In this document: one piece after another, positions 37,348 through 43,975 of the stretch
Numbering within the stretch: the stretch's first letter is position 1
How the letters are laid out: each line of letters opens with the position of its first letter
Assembly: GCA_023266875.1 (NCBI GenBank)
Contig: JAHFOJ010000005.1
Location: forward strand, 1-43,975
Origin: Candidatus Giovannonibacteria bacterium
GTDB lineage: Bacteria; Patescibacteriota; Minisyncoccia; JACPKW01; UBA11713
Reading direction: 5' to 3'
DNA: 43,975 nt
The notes under the pieces: model-generated
The model's input: only the letters and a program-made list of their open reading frames with translations
What the model was told of the DNA's origin: nothing
The model's database searches: none
Program-made: the position numbers and the translations under genes

Positions 37348-38634
37348 CTAGAACTGATAGCAGTGGGAATCTGCTGCGTCTATTTGACCATCGCGGTCAT
37401 TGTCTATGCCGTCAGCGCATTCTAATATTCTGATTCTGCCGTCCGCTGCCGGAGGAAAAGTTTTATCGGCTTGTATAATAAGGTCTTGAGCCGCGGCATC
37501 TCCAATGATCGGCTTAAGGTCGGCAACATTTGCCTGAACCGAACTAAAATTTACCCTCAAGGCCGAGATAATCGCCCCCTTCATAGCCGCTTGATCCTGA
37601 GTCGAAAGCGAAGAAAAATTTGTGTTTACTGTCCCCCCTAAAACTGCTTCTATAAAACTGTCCTGTGAATAGTCGTTCAACCCGTCAATTGCCGCTGCAT
37701 AATCTTGGGCATTTGCATTTGTAGTGCCTGCAATAGCTGTAGCAGAACCAAAAATACTTGACGCGAAACCGGCCATTGGGCCGCTAATAAACCCTGCATC
37801 AATCAGACCAGCTGCTCTCGCCGCCGAGATAAGCGCACTTGCTATTGTACTAGCCGGGAAAGGCGCGCCGAGAAGCCCAACCTGAACTAAATCAAAAAAG
37901 GTCCCCAAATTCAGACCAAATTCGGCATAGCCCGGAGGAGGCGGCGATATTTCTCCAATTGCGACTCCAACCGCCGCTGTTTGAGCTGCTGCTGCTGCGT
38001 TATTAGCATAACCCTGAGCCGCTTGGGCTGCTGGAGAATCTGGGTCAAGATCCTGAGCCATAGTAGCTACCTCTTGGGCTATCGCCGCATAACCTCTTGC
38101 CTCATCAACACCGATTTGGGTCCCTTTAGCCGCTGAAATCGCAGTCATTTCATTTAAGTCTCTGGCTGTTTCCGCAAAAGAGGCTGCAAGCGCACTTGGA
38201 TCAGATGGCGGCCCAGGAGTGAGAGTTGATGTATCAACTTGAGGATCTAAAGCTTCAAAATCAATTACTCCGTAATCATTAATACCAGCGGGGTCAGCGG
38301 CAGCGGGATCAAAGCCGCCTAAGGAAAATCCGGAAGATTCTTCGCCTGTGGTGCCTGAGCTTGTATCTGCGTTGGAATCTCCATACCCACCAGAAGCAAA
38401 ACCAGATGTAAAAGCGCTATCAAATTCTGTAGAAGGGTCGAAGGAATAGTCATCGCCTATGGCACTTGCGTCTGCGCTAGCGTCTGCGCCTGCGCTAGCG
38501 TCTGCGTCTGCGCCTGCGCTATCGCCACCATCGCCACCATCTTGAGCATAAACATTAAGAAATTGAAAAGAAAAAACAAAAACAAGAATTAGGCACAGCG
38601 CCAGAGAAATAAATTTTGTTTTTGTGTTCTTCAC
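37348..38634 (-). CDS. Secreted acidic Ala/Gly/Asp-rich protein with C-terminal CxDGxDNDxDGxxD motif
   Basis: Signal peptide ending VYA, low-complexity body, terminal CADGIDNDRDGQIDAADSHC. Confidence 0.7.
   Translation of the reverse strand: MKNTKTKFISLALCLILVFVFSFQFLNVYAQDGGDGGDSAGADADASAGADASADASAIGDDYSFDPSTEFDSAFTSGFASGGYGDSNADTSSGTTGEESSGFSLGGFDPAAADPAGINDYGVIDFEALDPQVDTSTLTPGPPSDPSALAASFAETARDLNEMTAISAAKGTQIGVDEARGYAAIAQEVATMAQDLDPDSPAAQAAQGYANNAAAAAQTAAVGVAIGEISPPPPGYAEFGLNLGTFFDLVQVGLLGAPFPASTIASALISAARAAGLIDAGFISGPMAGFASSIFGSATAIAGTTNANAQDYAAAIDGLNDYSQDSFIEAVLGGTVNTNFSSLSTQDQAAMKGAIISALRVNFSSVQANVADLKPIIGDAAAQDLIIQADKTFPPAADGRIRILECADGIDNDRDGQIDAADSHCYQF
38468..38541 (-). repeat. In-frame hexamer/nonamer tandem repeats
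   Basis: GCGTCT/GCGCTA/GCGCCT units and ATCGCCACC x2, encoding DGGDGGDSAGADADASAGADASADA. Confidence 0.8.
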
Positions 38635-38637
38635 AAT

Positions 38638-39738
38638 TTAAAACGGTACGCCGAATGTTTCATTTGGTATCTGCAGTAAAATGTGGTTAAACCACAGAGT
38701 ATCAATTGATTGTTTATCAACTTTTCCGTTCGCGATCTTCCTAGAGAAGGCCCCATCGCCGTTCGCAAGCGGGCTTTTTTGAAAATCAACGTTCTCTAAA
38801 ATCAGATATTGCATCAGTCCCTTCAATTCATTTATATATCTATCCTCTTTCGTGAAGTTATAAAGCGAAGCTAACAATTCGCCGCAGACAAGCCCCGGGT
38901 GTATTATCACTCCGTTTAACACATCCGATTTATTGAAATCTTTCGCATGCGCCGCGAGAGCCGCGCTTTCCGCAAAATCGCGCGCCGAATTCAAGTCATC
39001 TTTATTGCCAGTAAGGCTATAGACATACATCCCCCCCAAAGGTTCGAAACAGCTCGCCCTTGTTATAGATAGCGTATTTTCTTTATAAACCAGCTTGCTT
39101 TCTCGACTAAATAACGCGCCTCCATCATCAAAAACTTGCCTTGCGCGGGTGATATCGGCATCTTTCCCAGTTACTTTAGCCAACAACACAAATCTTTCCA
39201 GTTTTTGAATCCAAGTAACAAGATTCTGCGGCTTTATCCCAAAATCGTTTATTAAAAAAGCTCCTAATAGACTGACGTTAAATTTATAATCCGCATCGGC
39301 ATTCACGATCGCCGAAAAATTTCTCCTGCAAAGATCAGGTTTAATCTTGCATATCTGCACTTGATACAGCGTTTCGGCTATTTCCCTCTTTTTTATCTCA
39401 CGGTCATCGGCAGCCGCCGCCAGCAATCTTAAGTTTTGAATGTGCAAAGTCGGCAGGTAATAGGTCGAAAAAAGCTCCCCATCCCTGATTAGAATTTCCG
39501 GATTACATTTTGCTTGGCTACATAAAAAGTGCGGGCGCCAAAAATCGCCGTATCCCCTTCGATCCTTTTTTATAGCCACATTCTCTATAAAATTGTTACT
39601 AATTCGGGCTATTTCAAGCGCCGAAAGTGTGCTTTTAGTGCTTCGCCGGTCCCCAAAAAGCCCCCCTTGGTAAGCGAAATAAGCCGCCCCCGCAATAATA
39701 ACGACGAGTATTAGTATGAAAAGATTTTTATTAGTCAT
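38638..39738 (-). CDS. Membrane-anchored hypothetical protein, possibly an alpha/alpha-toroid fold
   Basis: N-terminal TM; repeated LAKVTG / VYSLTG / LYNFTKEDRY helix-turn motifs. Confidence 0.6.
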   Translation of the reverse strand: MTNKNLFILILVVIIAGAAYFAYQGGLFGDRRSTKSTLSALEIARISNNFIENVAIKKDRRGYGDFWRPHFLCSQAKCNPEILIRDGELFSTYYLPTLHIQNLRLLAAAADDREIKKREIAETLYQVQICKIKPDLCRRNFSAIVNADADYKFNVSLLGAFLINDFGIKPQNLVTWIQKLERFVLLAKVTGKDADITRARQVFDDGGALFSRESKLVYKENTLSITRASCFEPLGGMYVYSLTGNKDDLNSARDFAESAALAAHAKDFNKSDVLNGVIIHPGLVCGELLASLYNFTKEDRYINELKGLMQYLILENVDFQKSPLANGDGAFSRKIANGKVDKQSIDTLWFNHILLQIPNETFGVPF

Positions 39739-40224
39739 AAGTTTATTTTATATGTTTTGCCGTACAAACAAAAGTTGATAAGAAAAAGTAATAATAATCA
39801 TTGCGACTCTCATTATAATAACACTTACTGGTTTTGTATCGCAATTTTCCCAATTTGTTCGACATTTAATCCAAACTATCTATCAAACCAAGAAGCGCTC
39901 TTGAAGTTAAGAAACAAGATCCAGGAATAATAATTCATGATGCGACAGCTTGGAATAGAGGCCTCCCAGAGGCCATCGAAATTATCGAAGAAGTGATAAA
40001 AAAGGTGCAGAGCGCTAATATTGTGAAAAGTGTACCGAATCACAAAAAATATACTTTCTCATATGCATTATCCTTAATTCTAGCCCTGTGGATAAGAAAT
40101 ATCAAAATATGTTACAATTTAAGCATTAAATTGTATCTCTCAAATAAAAATGCGCATAAAATGTTATGCACAGAGCTATATGAACACCGTGACAAGCAAT
40201 TAAAGGCTTTTCTGCGCTAGCAGC

Positions 40225-40274
40225 TTGACTATCAGCTATAAACAGCTATAATCAGACATATAGGTTATAGCCTA
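40225..40274 (+). promoter_or_regulatory. fic promoter with repeated operator-like motif
   Basis: TTGACT-16-TATAAT; CAGCTATAA twice at 10-bp period; imperfect palindrome TAGGTTATAGCCTA. Confidence 0.6.
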
Positions 40275-40280
40275 TTATTT

Positions 40281-41345
40281 GTGACTGAAATTACACAAAA
40301 ATTTGACCACAGAATCAAGTCGCCCGAACCGCACATCGTGGCCCTTTTGGCCGCCATCGATGAGGCGAAAGGTCAATTCAAAGCCGGCCTCCGGATGATG
40401 CCGCAAGCGAATACGAACCTGAAAAAATCAGTGCTGATCACCTCGGCCGGCGCCTCGACTCGTATCGAAGGCGCAAAGCTCAATGACGAGGATGTTGCGA
40501 AAGTTATGCGGGGGCTCGCGATCTCAAAATTCGCCGATCGAGATTCGCAGGAAGTGCAAGGCTATCTTGAAACGCTGCAAAATGTGTTTGACAATTTTGA
40601 GACGCTGCCTATTCGAGAGGGCGTCATCACTTCGCTTCACAAAGAGCTGCTCAAGTATTCAACCAAAGACGAACTCCAGCGCGGCCGATACAAGAAAAAA
40701 GAAAATACAGTCGGCATGCTAGGTCCCGACCGCAAGGTCGCGCGCATAATGTTCGAAACAACCAAAGCATATCTGACACCGAAAGAAATGCAGGAACTCG
40801 TAGATTGGACTGCTGAAGCCCTGCAAGAAAATCGATTTCATCCACTGCTCATCATCGCCAACTTTATTGTTGAGTTATTGAAGATCCATCCGTTCGAAGA
40901 TGGCAACGGGCGTCTTTCGCGCGTCCTGACCAACCTTCTTTTGCTCCGCGCCGGCTATTCATTTGTGCAATATGTCTCGCATGAGCAGCTTGTCGAGAAA
41001 AGAAAAGATGAATATTACATCGCGCTGCGGAAATCGCAGGAGACATTCAAAACCGATCACGACACAATCGCACCATGGCTGAATTTCTTCCTTGCGGTGA
41101 TAAAAGAACAGGCGACCAATGCGCTTACTTATCTTGAAGAAGAAAAAGTTGAGGATACGCTCTCGCCAAAACAATACGAGGTTTGGAAGTATGTCGCAAG
41201 CGTTGGCGAGGCAAGCCCGGGCGATATCGTGAAAGCGACCAGCGTAGGTATGCCAACTGTCAAACAAGCGCTCGACAGGCTTCTTGAGCTTGGAAAAATA
41301 AAGCGGATTGGCCGGGGACCGGGGACGCGGTACGTTAAAATATAA
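40281..41345 (+). CDS. Fic-family protein with C-terminal winged HTH
   Basis: HPFEDGNGRLSR catalytic motif, STRIEGA inhibitory-helix-like motif, C-terminal GRGPGTRY. Confidence 0.93.
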   Translation: MTEITQKFDHRIKSPEPHIVALLAAIDEAKGQFKAGLRMMPQANTNLKKSVLITSAGASTRIEGAKLNDEDVAKVMRGLAISKFADRDSQEVQGYLETLQNVFDNFETLPIREGVITSLHKELLKYSTKDELQRGRYKKKENTVGMLGPDRKVARIMFETTKAYLTPKEMQELVDWTAEALQENRFHPLLIIANFIVELLKIHPFEDGNGRLSRVLTNLLLLRAGYSFVQYVSHEQLVEKRKDEYYIALRKSQETFKTDHDTIAPWLNFFLAVIKEQATNALTYLEEEKVEDTLSPKQYEVWKYVASVGEASPGDIVKATSVGMPTVKQALDRLLELGKIKRIGRGPGTRYVKI

Positions 41346-41408
41346 GACATGGAAAACTATTTACCAAACAAGAAAATTCTTTTGATTATCATATTGGCAA
41401 TTGGCGCT

Positions 41409-41492
41409 CTATTTTTTTATTTTTGATTTTTCTGATGCTGAAGCTGATTTAAACCCCTTGATTGCCCTTGGCCTAAAAAATATTCCAGCCAT
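41409..41492 (-). pseudogene. Truncated RelE-like toxin remnant (27 aa)
   Basis: MAGIFFRPRAIKGFKSASASEKSKIKK*, directly downstream of the antitoxin. Confidence 0.5.
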
Positions 41493-41498
41493 AGAGTT

Positions 41499-41708
41499 TT
41501 ATTTCACTCCAGAAAATTTAATTCTCTTTTGATTTTTTGGGTCAGCTAAAGCATCTTTTAATCTTATAGTATCTTCTATATCTTCTCGTGCATCTTCCCA
41601 CTTTTTATAAGTGTCCCAATCCAAAACAACATAGCGCGGGGAGCCGTGCTCATTTATTATAGCTGGTTTTTTTGTTTTTATCGCCAGTGAAATTGCTTGT
41701 GTAGTCAT
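41499..41708 (-). CDS. Phd/YefM-like antitoxin
   Basis: PAIINEHGSPRYVVLDWDTY..EDIED. Confidence 0.7.
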   Translation of the reverse strand: MTTQAISLAIKTKKPAIINEHGSPRYVVLDWDTYKKWEDAREDIEDTIRLKDALADPKNQKRIKFSGVK

Positions 41709-42024
41709 GTATTTATTTTATTATGTCTATAGAATAAATCAATCTTCCGAAAACTTTATTTTTCTTGCCCACTTAAATGCTCCGGCTTTTGGCGGGTTAT
41801 CGTGTAAGTGGATTAAATATTTATATTTATTCTTCATTCCACATAACTCTCAATTATGGCCAAATATATTGAAATGGGACTTCAATAATAGGCACCAAAA
41901 TCTTTGGTGTGGGGGCTTGTGGATAAGAAATATCCAAGTGTGTTACAATTTAAGCATTGATTATAAGCCGCTTCCAGGTCGAAAAGGAGGCGTAATATTA
42001 TAAGAATTAATTAATAACTTATTA

Positions 42025-42378
42025 ATGAAAACATTTAAAAAAGCCCTCCCTTACATAATCGCTGTATCGCTCCCGATCTTGGCATTTGCCCAAAACGCTG
42101 GGCAAATTACGACCTCGCTTACGAACATACAGAACATATTGAACAGTATAATTCCGATTCTGCTCATTATCGCGACTATAGTTTTCTTGTGGGGAGTCAT
42201 CCAGTTCATCACAGCAGGCGCGGATGAAGAAAAGCGCGGAAACGCGAGATCGCTCATGATCTACGGGCTAATCGCGCTATTCGTCATGGTTGCAGTTTGG
42301 GGAATCGTTCGCGTGCTTGTCCAGTTCTTCGGAGTTGGTGGGGTAGTCCAGCCGCTTCGCCCGGGCGACATTCAATAA
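42025..42378 (+). CDS. VirB2/TrbC-like pilin
   Basis: Leader ending PILAFA; FLWGVIQFI..DEEKR..MIYGLIALFVMVAVWGIV. Confidence 0.85.
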   Translation: MKTFKKALPYIIAVSLPILAFAQNAGQITTSLTNIQNILNSIIPILLIIATIVFLWGVIQFITAGADEEKRGNARSLMIYGLIALFVMVAVWGIVRVLVQFFGVGGVVQPLRPGDIQ

Positions 42379-42383
42379 TTTTT

Positions 42384-42650
42384 GTGAACGTTGCATACGC
42401 CAAAACAGCGGAACAGGTCATTGGCGTTATAAGTTCAGGCATTCTCCAGCCGATAATTTATGTGCTCTTTGCGCTCGCCTTTGTAATATTCCTTTATGGA
42501 GTTGTGGAGTTTATCGCAAACGCGTCCAATGAAGAAAGGCGGACTGAAGGCAAACGGCATATGATTTGGGGAGCGCTCGGACTTTTTCTAATGTTTGCCG
42601 TAGGCGGAATCTTGAGGATATTAATAAATTTTGTGTCATCAATTCGCTAA
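42384..42650 (+). CDS. VirB2/TrbC-like pilin with a very short leader (start uncertain)
   Basis: VAYA..FLYGVVEFI..NEERRTEGKRHMIWGALGLFLM. Confidence 0.8.
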   Translation: MNVAYAKTAEQVIGVISSGILQPIIYVLFALAFVIFLYGVVEFIANASNEERRTEGKRHMIWGALGLFLMFAVGGILRILINFVSSIR

Positions 42651-42651
42651 T

Positions 42652-43227
42652 ATGCCTAAGAAAAGCAAAAAAACAAAAATTAAATTCACTGTCATTGAGA
42701 AAATCGGGATGACTTTTGTATTCGCCATGCTAATCGTTTCTATAGCATCCGCCCAGACATTCCAAGGCATTGCTACAAACATTGGCAATCTTCTTAACTT
42801 GGTTGTTCCAATATTGTTTATGGCGGCAACAGTTGTGTTTCTCGCCGGAGTAGTCAAATACATAGCGGCCGCGGGAAACGAAGAGAAACGCGAGGAAGGA
42901 AAGCAATTTATTTTCTGGGGTTTGATCGGCCTTTTTGTGATGGTCGCGATCTGGGGAATCATCAATCTTTTCGTAATGTTCTTCTTTAGTGGACGCCTGC
43001 CAAGCGCGCCAGACGTGCCTCAACTTCCGGGATATACTGGGGGAACAAGCGGAGGAGGTACTGGGAGTGGAGGTGGTGGTACCGGAGGAGGCGGAACTGG
43101 TGGCGGGGCAACTGGAGCCGACATTTGGGACCAAGGCGGTTTTGGAGGCTCCACTGCAAATAATAACCAACAAGCATGCGAGCAATCAGGTGGTATATGG
43201 ACAGGAACAGCTTGTAACGTTTATTGA
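42652..43227 (+). CDS. VirB2/TrbC-like pilin with Gly-rich tail and Cys pair
   Basis: GVVKYI..NEEKREEGKQFIFWGLIGLFVMVAIWGII, poly-G/T linker, ACEQSGGIWTGTAC. Confidence 0.85.
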   Translation: MPKKSKKTKIKFTVIEKIGMTFVFAMLIVSIASAQTFQGIATNIGNLLNLVVPILFMAATVVFLAGVVKYIAAAGNEEKREEGKQFIFWGLIGLFVMVAIWGIINLFVMFFFSGRLPSAPDVPQLPGYTGGTSGGGTGSGGGGTGGGGTGGGATGADIWDQGGFGGSTANNNQQACEQSGGIWTGTACNVY

Positions 43228-43259
43228 TTCCTTATATTGAATAATAAATAAGTCGAAGT

Positions 43260-43291
43260 TTCAAAATCCCCGCGCTCGCGGGGATTTTGAA
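43260..43291. terminator. Bidirectional terminator hairpin
   Basis: TTCAAAATCCCCGCG-CT-CGCGGGGATTTTGAA between the convergent pilin and tRNA. Confidence 0.85.
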
Positions 43292-43296
43292 TTGTG

Positions 43297-43367
43297 TGCG
43301 GCCAGCGGTAATCGAAACCGCGTCTGTTCCTTGGCAAGGAACCGTTCTGCCACTAAACCATGGCCGC
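43297..43367 (-). tRNA. tRNA-Gly(GCC), CCA not encoded
   Basis: GCGGCCA/TGGCCGC acceptor stem, anticodon arm GTTCC-TTGCCAA-GGAAC, T-loop TTCGATT. Confidence 0.93.
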
Positions 43368-43610
43368 ATTATTTACTAATTTCTCTATTGCGCTACGCTT
43401 TTTCCAAGATTTTATTTGCGTCTCTTTTTCTCTGGCATCACTCAAACTCGGATATTCCATATTATAAACTAACCGCCACGGCATATAACGTTTAGTAGAA
43501 GTGACCATGCCCGAGTTATGTAATTTTAACCTTTTATAAATATCTTTAGTACTTCCGATATAATATGATTCGTTTGCGTCTGACTTTAATATATAAACAT
43601 AAAATTTCAT
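43353..43610 (-). CDS. Stand-alone GIY-YIG nuclease
   Basis: FYVYILKS..YYIGST..RLKLHN..T..PW.LVY..AREKETQIKSWK. Confidence 0.92.
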   Translation of the reverse strand: MKFYVYILKSDANESYYIGSTKDIYKRLKLHNSGMVTSTKRYMPWRLVYNMEYPSLSDAREKETQIKSWKKRSAIEKLVNNAAMV

Positions 43611-43636
43611 GAAATTGATACGCTGCTGCCACTAAA

Positions 43637-43709
43637 TCCCGATCCCCGACTTTAGTCGGGGATCATGGATCCTCGACTTCGCTATTATATTTTTAATTGA
43701 AAGTCGGGA
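43637..43709. repeat. Nested palindromic element splitting a duplicated tRNA-Gly 5' fragment
   Basis: TCCCGA..TCGGGA ends with internal GATCCCCGACT-TT-AGTCGGGGATC; flanked by CTGCCACTAAA and CCATGGCCGC. Confidence 0.75.
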
Positions 43710-43975
43710 CCATGGCCGCTCTTATTTTTTTAAAATTTATCACAGTATTGCAATTTCCTTTCTGGTGCAGTAATTATACACTTTGCGCGAACCTTTTTTG
43801 AACGGAACTGACCGCCTCCGCTTCGCTCCGGCGGAACGCTCGGGCGCGGCGGAATTCCCCCCACCCCCCTCTTCCGCCGCGCCCTCGCGGGAGACCAAAA
43901 CTTTTTCGCCGTCAATTCCATTCCATATATGGAATTATACCTCCATATTGAGATGAAGCGCAATAGTTGATAATA

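Larger units (their letters stand above)
40087..41958 (+). repeat. 41-bp duplicated promoter-like element (40087-40127 / 41918-41958)
   Basis: TGTGGATAAGAAATATC..TGTTACAATTTAAGCATT, 38/41 identical; contains a DnaA box and an extended -10. Confidence 0.85.

Noticed and set aside
40087-40172. Replication origin suggested by DnaA boxes
   Set aside because: Only two boxes here, no dnaA/dnaN nearby, and the main box is part of a duplicated promoter-like element.
39870-40220. 75-aa ORF at 39993 and its upstream open frame
   Set aside because: The protein-like part starts right after a stop with no start codon and runs into the duplicated promoter element. Probably a gene remnant, not callable.
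1-43975. Alternative genetic code (UGA=Gly, as in Gracilibacteria/Absconditabacteria)
   Set aside because: Core genes are intact under code 11, TGA ends several genes, and RF2 is present.
1-43975. CRISPR array, integrase, transposase or prophage
   Set aside because: No regularly spaced repeats and no recognisable cas, recombinase, transposase or phage structural genes.

Overview
Chromosomal segment most consistent with a Patescibacteria/CPR (Parcubacteria-like) bacterium. This is an inference from the compact housekeeping genes, short Mfd, VirB2/TrbC-like pilins and tRNAs without encoded CCA. Standard genetic code 11. Core genes: ECF sigma (partial), ftsX/ftsE, frameshifted prfB, ftsB, lepA, murJ, RNase P RNA, cobO with class II nrdJ, ftsZ/ftsA, ybeY, rpsU, hisS, lepB, pth, mfd, rpsA, gyrA and three tRNAs. 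Accessory content: two intact toxin-antitoxin pairs, one decayed pair, a Fic protein, a GIY-YIG nuclease and a pilin/secreted-protein cluster. The strongest candidate for something undescribed is a ~475-nt minus-strand transcription unit between murJ and lepA (7396-7870). It has a near-consensus sigma70 promoter, a boxA-like leader, about ten helices whose G-U pairs work only on the minus strand, an intrinsic terminator and no credible ORF, so it looks like a large structured ncRNA I cannot assign to a known family. A second recurring theme is five small cargo cassettes, each bracketed by a slightly diverged duplicate of the neighbouring gene end, promoter or tRNA start, with no integrase in the window. 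Also seen: small palindromic insertions, many apparently leaderless genes, and a pilin fused to an M15-like peptidase domain. All calls are by eye; no database searches or folding programs were run.
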